A stretch of 64,000 bases of DNA from an uncultured delta proteobacterium (GTDB lineage Bacteria; Myxococcota_A; Polyangia; Haliangiales; Haliangiaceae), in NCBI GenBank assembly GCA_963848295.1, contig CAWKDB010000010.1, positions 480,001 to 544,000 on the forward strand, in the 5' to 3' direction. The position numbers and the translations under genes are program-made. A model generated the notes under the pieces. The model was not told where the DNA came from. It worked only from the letters and a program-made list of their open reading frames with translations, and ran no database searches. Below are positions 1 through 9,477 of this stretch, one piece after another. Each line of letters opens with the position of its first letter. Positions within the stretch are counted from its first letter, which is position 1.

Positions 1-3000
1 GAGCGGTACAGCCGCGCCAACGAGCGCAGCGTCTCCAGGTCGTTGCCGTCGATCCGATCCGAAGCGAGCCACGAATCGAGCGCGTTGCGCTCGCGACCGA
101 GCTTGTCTTCCCAGATCTTGCCGAGCCGCTTGTACAGCACGATCTGGTCTTGATCGCCCGGGGCGACCGCGATCTGCCGCTCGACGATCTCGACGAGCTC
201 TTCCCATTTTTCGCGACGAGTCGTGAGGTCGGCGAGGGCCTGCAACGCCTGGGGCTCTTCCCCGCGGATGTCGAGCACGCGTCCGAGCAGCTCGATCGCC
301 TTGTCTTCGTCGTTGAGCGCGTCGGAGCTGATCCGCGCCATCCGGGCGTAGATGTCGGCCATCTCCGCATCGGTCTCGGCGGTATCGATCAGCTTCTCGT
401 AGGTCTCGAACAGCTTCTTCCAGTCCTCGCGGCGGAAGTGGATGTTCTCGATCGCTTCGAGGGCGCGGCGATTGCGGCTCTCTTGCGCGAGCACCGCCTC
501 GTACGCCTTGAGCGCTTGCTCGAGATCGCCGAGCGCGTCGCTGAAGATCGCGCCGCGGCGGAAGTACAGCTCGAGTTGCTCGTCGGGATCCTGGCTGACT
601 TCGATCCGGCGGCGCAGGATCTCGGCGAGGTCGTCGTACATCCCGGCGTTGAGGTACAGCCGGTCGAGGGCGGCGAGCGCATCGGGGTCTTTCGGCTCGA
701 GCTCGACCACCCGCAGGTGGGTCTCGACCGCTTTGGCCGCGTCGCCCAGCTCGAACTCGTGAACCCGCGCGGTGCGCAGCAGGGTCGCGCGCCGCACGTC
801 TTTGTCGCTCGCCTTGTCGAGTGCGCGAGTGTAGACCGCGACCATCGCGTCCCACGATCCGGTCTCGTTCGCGAGGCGCTCGGCCTGTTCGAGCGCGTGA
901 TCCCACCGCGGATCCTCGACGAGCGCGTCGCCCCACCAGCGGAATGCGGTCGCTTGATCGTAGAGCTTGGACTCCGCGAGCTCGGCGAGGCGCTGATACA
1001 TCGCCTGGCGATCCGGGCCGACCAGCTTCGTGAGCTGGACCTCGTGGATCCCGTGCAGCTTGTGGAACTCGCCCGCCGCCTCGTACAGCGGCTCGAGCAC
1101 GCCGCCGATGTCGATCTGGAGATGGCCGGCGTGGAACATGTGCTCGAGCGACGCCAGCGTCTGCTCGTGCGTCGGGTTGGCGCTCAGGATCTCGCGATAG
1201 ACCTCTACCGCGCTCTTGCGATCGCCGAGCTGGGTCTCGAGCACCTGGCCGAGCCGGAACTGCAGCTCCGCGATCTGCGCGTCACTGTCGGCCGAATCAG
1301 ATAGTTGGATCTCGCGACGAATGATGTCGGTGAGCTCGGGCCACTGCGCGGTCGCGCTGTACAACCGATCGAGCGCGAGCACGGCCGGCTTGTTGTCGAA
1401 CTCGACTTCGAGGATCTTGCGATGGGTCGCGATCGAGCGCGTGACATCGCCGAGCTCTTGTTCGTAGACGCGCGCGAGCCGCGTGTAGATGTCGACCTGA
1501 CGCGGGACGTCGAGCGACTTCGCGCCTTCGGTCGCGTACAGCTGGGCGAGCGGCTCCCACGTGTTCGTGATCTCTGCGAGCCGCTCGATGTGGCCGAGCG
1601 TGAGCTGGTTCCCGCTGTCGTCGCGCAGCGCGCGAGAGTAGGCCTCGAACGCGGCGTGCGCGTTGCCGATCATCTGCTCGTGCAGCTTCGCGATCCGGTG
1701 CAACAGATCGACGCGCGCGAGCGGATCGTCGTTGTGCGCGACCATCACTTCGAGGACATCGACGAGCTTGGCGTAGTCGCCGGTCGAGTCGTAGATCGGC
1801 TCGAGCACGCGCGCAGCCATGACCGGCTCGACCTTGCCGTGGACCAGGCCGTCGAGCGCGGCCAGCGTCTCGGAGTGCGCCGGATCCATGTCGAGCGCTT
1901 CGCGATAGCTCTCGATCGCGCGCGCGACGTCGCCGAGCCGGACCTGCCAGAGGTTACCGATGCGGTACTTGAGGCCGACGGTCTCACCCGAGGTCTCGGA
2001 CAGCTCGACTTGGCGCTCGAGGTTGCCGAGCAAGTCGTACCAACGCTCGGCGGCACCGTAGAGCCGGTCGAGCGATTGGATCGCGGGCAGCTCGTCCGCG
2101 TCGAGATCGAGGATCGCCTGATACGTCTCGATCGCCTTCGCGACATCACCGAGCTCGCGGTCGTAGACCTGCGCGAGCACGTAGAGCATCCGTTTCTTGT
2201 CCGCCGGATCCTCGGCGAGGTCGGCCTTCTTCGCGTAGACGTCCTTGAGCGGCTCCCATCGGGCGAGCCGGACGTAGAGCCGCTCGAGGCTGTCCATCGC
2301 GGGCAGATCGACATCGTCGATCGCGAGCACTTGGCGGAACGTCGCGATCGCGGCGTCGGCGTTGCCGAGCACCTCTTCTTCGATCTGCGCCGACCGGTAG
2401 AGCAACCGTTTGCGCTCCGCGACGTCGGTCAAGATCTCGGACTTGCGCTTGAGGATGTCGACGAGCTTGGCCCAATCAGCCGTGCGCTCGTGGATCGCCT
2501 GGATCGCGGTGGCGGCCTCGACGGTTTGCGGCGCCGCGGCCAGGATCCGCTCGTAGGTCACGACCGCGGCCTTGTCGTCGCGCAGCTCGTTCTCTTGGAT
2601 GTGAGCGCGGCGGAACAGCAGCTGGACCTTGAGATCGTCGTCTTGCGCCTCGCCCGCGACCTGATCGTAGAGGTCGGCGACCGCGGGCCACTTGTCGAGC
2701 CCGCGCGCGAGGCGATCGAGCTGTTGGTGCGTCGTCTCGTTGCGCGGATCTTCACGCAGCGCGCGAGAGAACGTCGCGAACGCGGCATCCGCGTTGTCGC
2801 CGCCGATCTCGTGCAGCTCCGAGATCATGTGGAGCAATTCGATCTTGCGCGCCGGATCGAACGCGTGGCGCGCCATGATCTCGTACACGCCGATCTGCTT
2901 GGTCCACTCGCCTCGCGCCTTGTAGATCGGCTCGAGGATGTTCGCGATCGTGAGCTCGTGCTCCGGGTTGGTGATCAAGCGCTCGAGCGCTTGGACCGCG

Positions 3001-6000
3001 TCGCGGTTCTGGTCCTCGTGATCGAGCACCTGGCGATAGGTCTCGACCGCGGCCGCGGTCTCGTTGAGGTGGGTCTCGCGCAGCTGCGCGAGCCGAACGA
3101 GCAAGGCGACCTGTTCGTAGGGCTGTTCGACGAGCGTCAGCTGGCGACCGATGTTGTCGCCGAGCTCGCGCCACGACTTGCGTTGGACGTACAGCCGATC
3201 GAGCGCGCGCAAGGCCTTCAGATCGTCCGGCGCCTGGCCGAGGATCTCGTTGTAGATCTCGATCGCCTCGTCGGGAGCGTTGAGCATCTCCTCGTGGATC
3301 TGGGCCGAGCGGAACAAGAACTCGAGGCGCTCCTCGGGCGCTTCCGCGATGTCGATGCGGCGGCGATAGATCTCGAGGAGCTCGGGGAACCGTTCGTCGC
3401 GCGTGAAGATCGACTCCAGCGCGGCGAGCGCGTTGAGGTCGTCGCTCTCGAGCGACAGCGCCTTGCGGAAGAACTCGACCGCCTTCGCGCTGTTGGACAG
3501 CCGGTCTTCGTAGTTGCGCGCGACCTTGGTCGCGAGCTCGTGCGCGAGGTCGTTCGCGAGGTCCTTGCTCTCGAGCGCGGCTTCGAACAGCTTGACGAGT
3601 CTGGCCCAGCCGTCCTCGATCAGGGGCGCGAGCGCCTCGAGCTGGTCCTTGGCGGCCTCGGTCGCGGGATCTTCCTTGAACGCGCGAGCGTACGCGTCGA
3701 ACGCCTTCTCGGCGTCGAGCAGCTTCGTGCGCTGGAGCTCGCCGATGCGCAACAACAGCGAGCCGCGGCGGAGCTGATCCTTCTCGGCGGCGAGCTGGAT
3801 CTCGTGAACGCCGACGAGCGGGCTCCACTCCTGGAGCTGCTCGTACACCGGCTCGAGGATCCCCGCGACGGTGAGCTGCTGCTTGGCCTCGCCTTTGCCA
3901 TGCGACGACTCCTTCGGCGCGCGCAGCCGGACTTCGAGCGAGTCGCGCGCCTTGGGATGGCCGACGTCGATATCGAGGATATCGCGATACGCGTCGATCG
4001 CGCCCGGCAGGTCGTCGAGGTGCTGCTCTTTGACTTGACCGAGCCGGTACTTGAGCTCGACGTGCGCGGGCTTGTCGTCGTCCGGGCCGATGATCGTCAG
4101 CTGACGACCGAGCACGTCCGCGAGATCTTTCCACATCGAGTTGCGGACGTAGACCCGGTCGAGAGAGCGCAGCGCGATCGGCTCGTCGCCAGCGACGTCG
4201 AGGATCGCCTGATAGGCCGCGATCGCTTTCTTGTCGTCTTTGATCTCGTCTTCGTAGAGCTGGCCGATCTTCGACTGGATCGCGATCCGATCGTCGGCGC
4301 CGCCGGTGAGATCGAGCTTCTTCTCGTAGACCTGCAGCAGCTCGTCGAACTGCGACTTGCCGAGGTAGAGGCGCTCGAGCGCATCGAGCGCCTGCTCGTT
4401 GCGTTCATCGATCGCGAGGATCTGACGGTTCATGTCGAGCGCGCGCTCGATGTCGCTCTGTTCCTTCTCGATGACTCGCGCCATCACGAGCATCAGCGGC
4501 AGCGCGTCGCCCTTGTGGCTGAACTTCGGCAGCGACGCGGCATAGGCGTCGACCAGCTGGTTCCAGCCTTGGGTCTCGGCCGCGAGGCGCTCGACCTCGG
4601 CCCAGATCCACTCGGCTTCGTGATCCTCGCCGTGCGCCTTGAGCCACCAGCCGAAGGCCGCGCCCTTGTCGCGCAGCTTTTCTTCGTTGTACTGGGCGAG
4701 CCGCTGCATCCGCTTCTGACGGTCGTCGCGGTCTTCAGATGGCGTCGCGCGCAGCTGGATCTCGAGCGCGCGGACGAGCGCGCGCGGATCGCGGCCCGCC
4801 TCGTAGAGCGGGATCAGCGCTTCGGCGGCGGCGAGGTTGTTCTCGTCGATCGTGAGGACCTTCTCGAACGCGCGCATCGCGCGATCGGCCTTCTGGAGCT
4901 CGTCGCGATAGAGCACCGCGATCTTCATCGCGAGCTCGAGCTTGTGGCTCTCGCTGCCGGATTCGACCTCGCGCTCGAGCACCCGGATGTACTCGTCGAT
5001 CTTGCCGCGCGTGCGATAGAACTCTTCGAGATCCGCCCACCGGCCTTCGGTGACGTAGAGCTTCTTGAGCGCATCTTGCGCGCGCCGATTGTTCTCGTCG
5101 ATCGCGAGCAGCTGCTGCCAAGCGTCGATCGCCTTCGCGCTGTTCTCGACCTTCTCGGTGTAGAGCAAGCCGAGGCGCTGGAGCGCGTCGGCCTTCGCTT
5201 GCGCGTTCGGCGCAGCGTCCGCTTGCCGCTTGCAGATGTCGGCGAGCTTGTCCCATTCCTTGTTGCGCTCGTACAGCTTGTAGAGCTCGGCCAGCGCCTC
5301 TTCGTGCGAGGGCTCGTACTGGAGGACCTTTTCCCACCAGTACGTGCAGATCTCCGGCTTCTTGACCTTCGTCGCCGCCATCTTGGCGACTTCGATCACC
5401 TTCGCACCGCGCTCCGACTCGGGCGCGCGATCGACTTCGGACTCTTTGAGCTTGATCAGCTTTTCCCAGTCGCGGCGCTTCTCGTAGACCGCGAGCAGGT
5501 GATCGACGGCGTGCTGGTTGTTCGGATCGATCTCGAGGACCTTCTCGAACGCCTTGATCGCCTCGGCCTGGTTCGAGAACCGCTCGAGGTAGAGGTTCGC
5601 GACCTGGAGGTAGATCGCGACCTTCGCGTTGCCGTCGATCGAGCGATCGGCTTTCTCCTGCAAGACCTTGACGAGATCGGGCCAGCGCTTCTTCGCCTCG
5701 TACAGCGCGGCGAGCCGATCGTAGGCGTCGGTCAGCGACGGATCGGCTTGCACCGCCGAGTTGAGCGCCGCCATCACCTGGTTGTCGTTGTTGAGCTTGC
5801 CGTACGCATCGGCGAGCTCGAGCAACACGGCGGCCTTGTCGGCCGGCGTCGTGGCCGCCTTGGCTTCTTCGTCCTTGAGCGCGTCGGCGAGCTGGGCCCA
5901 CGACGCGGCGGCGCGCAGCACGCGAGCGAGCTCGCGGCGCGGCGGTTGCGCGGCCGGGAACTTCGCGACGACTTCCTTCCAACCGAGCACCCCCTTGTCG

Positions 6001-7514
6001 GCGCCGCCCTCGGCGGACCTCGCGCGGGTCATCGCCGCATCGAGATCGGCCGGCATCGGCTCGGCCGGCTTCGCAGCAGCGACCTTCGCGGCGTCGGCGG
6101 CAGCCTTCGCAGCGGCAGCGCCGTCGTCGGTGGTGGCTTTCGCGGCCTGCTCGGGCGCGGCCTTGGCCGCCGGTTCGGGCGCGGCCTGTCGAGCGGCCGC
6201 GGCTTTCGCGTCGGCGTCGGCCTTCTCCGCCGCGGCCTCGGCTGCAGCCTTCTCGGCGGCCTTCTCGGCCTTTTGTTCTTTCTTCGACTTCTTCCCTGAT
6301 TTTTTTTCGGGCTCGTCGGCCTCTTCGGCCGTGTCGTCTTTGATCGCCGGCAGGTCGGTCATCGACCCCTTCGCGATCGCCGCGCCGTCGAGTCCAACCG
6401 CGGACACGAAGTCCTGGACGTGTGGGTTCTGCGGCTCGATCGACGCCGCGATCGCGAAGAACTTCTTTGCGCGATCGGTGTCGTTGAGCTTGTCGAACGC
6501 GATGTGCCCGGCCGCGATCGCGAGGTACAGCCGATCTTCGGCGCCCGGAATCTTCTCGAGCACCGCGTCGGCGAGCTCGATCAGCGGCATCCACTCGCCG
6601 CGATCGCCTTGGACCTGACGCAGCAGCGTGAACGCCGCGATGATCGACTTCATCGGCGTCGCGCCGTTCGACGCGGTCGCCTTGAGCGCCGCCGCGAAGA
6701 ACTTCGCGCCGCGATCTTTGTCTTTGAACCGTTGCACCCACTCGAGGCCGAACGTGCGCAGGCTCTCGATCCGGTCACCGTGCTCGCCCGCCCGATCGGC
6801 GCGGCGCAGCTGATGTGCCTCGAGCTCGTCCCAGCGCGAGCCCGCGGCGAGCAGCGTCTCGTACATGAAGTTCGCGCTTGCCTCGTCGATGTCCTTCGCG
6901 AAGATCCGCTTGAGCAACAGCTCGAGCCGCGGGTCATCGGGCGATTCGATCCGGACGATGCGCGCCGCTCGCACGAGCATGCGCACGCACGTGGCGTCGT
7001 CGAACCGATCGGCATCGTCGGCTAACCGATCGACTTCGTCGGACCAGAACTCGGGGTCATAGGTGACCGCGGCGAGCGCGTCCTTGACGCGGACCGAGTT
7101 GGGCTCGGCGCCGAGCGCGCGTTGCAGCACCGGCAGCGCCTTGTCCTTCTGGCCGCTGTCGAGCATCGCCTCGCCGACGATCTGCGCGAGGTTATTCGCA
7201 GCGGCGGGAGAGCGGAGCTCCATCTCGCCGAGCTTCGCGACCATCTCGAACCGACCGATCTCGCCGTAGACTTCTCTCGCGCGCGACAACGCCTTCAGGT
7301 TGTCGGGATGGAGCTTCCACGCACGTTGATACAATCCGAGCGCGCGTTCGCGCTCTGGAATCACATCTTCGACGAGGCTCGCGAGCTCGTAGAGGCGCTC
7401 GGACTGTTCGGGCTTTGAACCCGACACTTCCAGCTCCTTCTCCAGCTCGTCGATCGTTAGTGCCCAGTCACGTGACCGGCGCAAGCGTTCACGAAGCTCC
7501 GTGCGCGTATCCAT
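1..7514 (-). CDS. Giant TPR-repeat protein, AgmK/GltI-like (>2500 aa, 3' end beyond window edge)
   Basis: ATG at 7514 (MDTRTELRERLRRSRDW...). Absent from the ORF track, consistent with no stop inside the window; long antisense shadow ORFs cover it. Repeated helical units such as 'AYDRLAALYEAKKRWPDLVKVL' and an Ala/Lys-rich linker near 6000-6330. Lies downstream of gltDEFG like agmK. Confidence 0.8.
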   Translation of the reverse strand, partial: MDTRTELRERLRRSRDWALTIDELEKELEVSGSKPEQSERLYELASLVEDVIPERERALGLYQRAWKLHPDNLKALSRAREVYGEIGRFEMVAKLGEMELRSPAAANNLAQIVGEAMLDSGQKDKALPVLQRALGAEPNSVRVKDALAAVTYDPEFWSDEVDRLADDADRFDDATCVRMLVRAARIVRIESPDDPRLELLLKRIFAKDIDEASANFMYETLLAAGSRWDELEAHQLRRADRAGEHGDRIESLRTFGLEWVQRFKDKDRGAKFFAAALKATASNGATPMKSIIAAFTLLRQVQGDRGEWMPLIELADAVLEKIPGAEDRLYLAIAAGHIAFDKLNDTDRAKKFFAIAASIEPQNPHVQDFVSAVGLDGAAIAKGSMTDLPAIKDDTAEEADEPEKKSGKKSKKEQKAEKAAEKAAAEAAAEKADADAKAAAARQAAPEPAAKAAPEQAAKATTDDGAAAAKAAADAAKVAAAKPAEPMPADLDAAMTRARSAEGGADKGVLGWKEVVAKFPAAQPPRRELARVLRAAASWAQLADALKDEEAKAATTPADKAAVLLELADAYGKLNNDNQVMAALNSAVQADPSLTDAYDRLAALYEAKKRWPDLVKVLQEKADRSIDGNAKVAIYLQVANLYLERFSNQAEAIKAFEKVLEIDPNNQHAVDHLLAVYEKRRDWEKLIKLKESEVDRAPESERGAKVIEVAKMAATKVKKPEICTYWWEKVLQYEPSHEEALAELYKLYERNKEWDKLADICKRQADAAPNAQAKADALQRLGLLYTEKVENSAKAIDAWQQLLAIDENNRRAQDALKKLYVTEGRWADLEEFYRTRGKIDEYIRVLEREVESGSESHKLELAMKIAVLYRDELQKADRAMRAFEKVLTIDENNLAAAEALIPLYEAGRDPRALVRALEIQLRATPSEDRDDRQKRMQRLAQYNEEKLRDKGAAFGWWLKAHGEDHEAEWIWAEVERLAAETQGWNQLVDAYAASLPKFSHKGDALPLMLVMARVIEKEQSDIERALDMNRQILAIDERNEQALDALERLYLGKSQFDELLQVYEKKLDLTGGADDRIAIQSKIGQLYEDEIKDDKKAIAAYQAILDVAGDEPIALRSLDRVYVRNSMWKDLADVLGRQLTIIGPDDDKPAHVELKYRLGQVKEQHLDDLPGAIDAYRDILDIDVGHPKARDSLEVRLRAPKESSHGKGEAKQQLTVAGILEPVYEQLQEWSPLVGVHEIQLAAEKDQLRRGSLLLRIGELQRTKLLDAEKAFDAYARAFKEDPATEAAKDQLEALAPLIEDGWARLVKLFEAALESKDLANDLAHELATKVARNYEDRLSNSAKAVEFFRKALSLESDDLNALAALESIFTRDERFPELLEIYRRRIDIAEAPEERLEFLFRSAQIHEEMLNAPDEAIEIYNEILGQAPDDLKALRALDRLYVQRKSWRELGDNIGRQLTLVEQPYEQVALLVRLAQLRETHLNETAAAVETYRQVLDHEDQNRDAVQALERLITNPEHELTIANILEPIYKARGEWTKQIGVYEIMARHAFDPARKIELLHMISELHEIGGDNADAAFATFSRALREDPRNETTHQQLDRLARGLDKWPAVADLYDQVAGEAQDDDLKVQLLFRRAHIQENELRDDKAAVVTYERILAAAPQTVEAATAIQAIHERTADWAKLVDILKRKSEILTDVAERKRLLYRSAQIEEEVLGNADAAIATFRQVLAIDDVDLPAMDSLERLYVRLARWEPLKDVYAKKADLAEDPADKKRMLYVLAQVYDRELGDVAKAIETYQAILDLDADELPAIQSLDRLYGAAERWYDLLGNLERQVELSETSGETVGLKYRIGNLWQVRLGDVARAIESYREALDMDPAHSETLAALDGLVHGKVEPVMAARVLEPIYDSTGDYAKLVDVLEVMVAHNDDPLARVDLLHRIAKLHEQMIGNAHAAFEAYSRALRDDSGNQLTLGHIERLAEITNTWEPLAQLYATEGAKSLDVPRQVDIYTRLARVYEQELGDVTRSIATHRKILEVEFDNKPAVLALDRLYSATAQWPELTDIIRREIQLSDSADSDAQIAELQFRLGQVLETQLGDRKSAVEVYREILSANPTHEQTLASLEHMFHAGHLQIDIGGVLEPLYEAAGEFHKLHGIHEVQLTKLVGPDRQAMYQRLAELAESKLYDQATAFRWWGDALVEDPRWDHALEQAERLANETGSWDAMVAVYTRALDKASDKDVRRATLLRTARVHEFELGDAAKAVETHLRVVELEPKDPDALAALDRLYLNAGMYDDLAEILRRRIEVSQDPDEQLELYFRRGAIFSDALGDLEQALKAYEAVLAQESRNRRALEAIENIHFRREDWKKLFETYEKLIDTAETDAEMADIYARMARISSDALNDEDKAIELLGRVLDIRGEEPQALQALADLTTRREKWEELVEIVERQIAVAPGDQDQIVLYKRLGKIWEDKLGRERNALDSWLASDRIDGNDLETLRSLARLYR

Positions 7515-7663
7515 CTGCGGTCTATCCTCCCGCATTTCCAAAAGAAAACCCGCCCCACACCTTCATGCGCTTATAGCACGGAAAAACCGTGCTCTGCACG
7601 GGCTAGGCCGGCGAATTTTCTAGACTCACCACCGGCTGCCCAGGTGGGCAGCTCTCGAGATTT

Positions 7664-8166
7664 GAAGTGCGCCGCTTCGCGGCGGGTGTTGGACGGAAAT
7701 TGATCAACAGGCAACAGGCAACAGGCAACAGGCAACAGGCAATGGCGGAGCGCCGCTTGCGCGGCGGACGTTTTCGGACGGATCCCGGAGCTTGTTTCCC
7801 CGCTTTCTGATCATCGGGGAACCCACGTCCACGGGGGCGGAACCTGATGATCAGAAAACACGAACACGGCGTCGAGAAACCGATGAAGATCGAGCGTTCG
7901 CCCACATGTCGGACTCGGTCTGCACCCTTGCCGTCGGCCGCCCGAGCAAGCGCCTATGTGCCCGCTCAGAAAACGCGACATCTCAGTCCGAAACACCGGC
8001 CGCGCGGCGCTCCACCTGTTCTCCTGTCAGGTTCTGGGATCCGTAAAATACCCGCCGCGGAGCGGCGCACCTTCATTGCCTGTTGCATGTTGATCAATTG
8101 ATCAATTCGCCCGCCGCGCGTCGCGCGGCGTTCCGTACAACACCCGCCGCGGAGCGGCGCACCTTC
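7664..8166. repeat. Composite inverted-repeat element (REP-doublet/MITE-like)
   Basis: 7664-7698 gaagtgcgccgcttcgcggcgggtgttggacggaa is the near reverse complement of 8131-8166. A second inner pair lies at ~7746-7786 / ~8036-8074. aattgatcaacaggcaacaggcaa is mirrored by ttgcctgttgcatgttgatcaatt (~8076-8099). Confidence 0.75.
7705..7739 (+). repeat. Heptamer tandem repeat (CAACAGG)x5
   Basis: Read directly from the sequence. Confidence 0.95.
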
Positions 8167-8167
8167 C

Positions 8168-9196
8168 TCAGTGTCTCGGGTGCGGCGGCGGCAGCGCCTT
8201 ATTCTTCACGAGGTCCGCAGGCGACGGCTTCTCCGTTGCCGTCTTGTCGACGGGCGGGGCGGTCTTCGCGCTGATGTCCATCAGCATCTTCGTGGCCATC
8301 TGCTTCTCGAACGCGAGCGATGCGCCGCCGGTCTTGTTGAACTCTTCGAGGTCGCGCTTGGCGTCGGTGTAGTCGCCCTTGCGGAAGTACGTCTGACCGC
8401 GCTGGAACTGCGCCTTGTGATCGTTCTTGCTGCTCTCGATCGCCTTGGTGAACGCCTCGATCGCCTTGTCGTCCATCCGCTTGTCGTCGTAGCCCATGCC
8501 GAGATCGAACCAGATGTCCGACACCTCGTTCGCGCCAGGGACGTTGGTCGTGCCTTGCGACGCGACCTTGATCGCCTCGTCGGTGTAGTCCCACTTGCGA
8601 TAGAGCTCGCCGAGCGCGACGTACAGCGAAGGCTCGCGCGGATTCGCGGTGAGCGCCTTCGAGAACTCGTCGGCCGCTTCCTTCGACTTGTCGGTCGCTC
8701 GATAGATCCGGCCGAGGTACTGGTGCGCGCGCCAGAGATCGGGCGCGAGCTTGACCGCTTCGGCGAGGCTCTGCTGCGCCTTCTCGAAGCTGACCCCGGT
8801 CAGATCAGGCGTCACTTCGTTCACCGGTTTGCCCTGCTTGTGGGCCTGCTCGTCGCGCGCCTCGTTGTACGCCTTGTCGTAGAGCGCGATGCCGTACCAC
8901 ATCTGGTACATCGCGTTGTCGGGCACCATCTGGACGGCCTTCTCGAGGGAGTCGACCGCCTTGTCGGGCTTGCCGCTCTCGAGGTACGCGCCGCCCATGT
9001 AGTACCAAGCCTCGTGGTTGTCCGGATAGGCCAGGGTCGCTTTCTCGAACTCGCTGATCGCGCTTTCGTACTGCTTCTGGCCCAGCGCGGTGGTGCCCGC
9101 CTTCTGCGCGGTCCTCGAGTTGTTGAGCGACTGATTCGGACAGCCGGTAGCGCTGAACATCAGACCGACGGAGAGCGCAACCCCGATGAGCTTCAT
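8168..9196 (-). CDS. TPR-repeat lipoprotein
   Basis: Start at ATG 9196 gives MKLIGVALSVGLMFSATGC (lipobox-like), followed by multiple TPRs (AWYYMGGAY, AHQYLGRIY, IWFDLGMGY). Confidence 0.85.
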   Translation of the reverse strand: MKLIGVALSVGLMFSATGCPNQSLNNSRTAQKAGTTALGQKQYESAISEFEKATLAYPDNHEAWYYMGGAYLESGKPDKAVDSLEKAVQMVPDNAMYQMWYGIALYDKAYNEARDEQAHKQGKPVNEVTPDLTGVSFEKAQQSLAEAVKLAPDLWRAHQYLGRIYRATDKSKEAADEFSKALTANPREPSLYVALGELYRKWDYTDEAIKVASQGTTNVPGANEVSDIWFDLGMGYDDKRMDDKAIEAFTKAIESSKNDHKAQFQRGQTYFRKGDYTDAKRDLEEFNKTGGASLAFEKQMATKMLMDISAKTAPPVDKTATEKPSPADLVKNKALPPPHPRH

Positions 9197-9477
9197 GGGC
9201 GAAACGTAATCCGTTCCGAGCGACGAATCAAACGCCAGCTTCGATTCTCCTCTGCCTGGTCGCGAAACCGCGTGCGGTGGTCGCGAAACCGCGGGCTGGC
9301 GCGAACGAGCCAACTGACGAGCACCGGCGTAGCTCTCTGCTCGAGCTCGAACGTCGCGCGGTCTTGCCCGAGCGTGCGAGGAGCCGCGAGCGCGAGGCGC
9401 CGCGAGGATCCGGACCGCAGCGTGCTTCTCCTGCACGTGAGGACCGGAAGCCGAGCGCGATCGCGGCCCGCAGCCGC

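Noticed and set aside
150..6299. Long + strand ORFs (384 aa and 1664 aa), and similarly 13897-17238 +
   Set aside because: Antisense shadows of the minus-strand TPR genes, typical of high-GC DNA, with no recognisable motifs.
7603..8101. Short ORFs in the 7.6-8.1 kb gap
   Set aside because: They overlap repeats, have atypical composition and show no recognisable domain.
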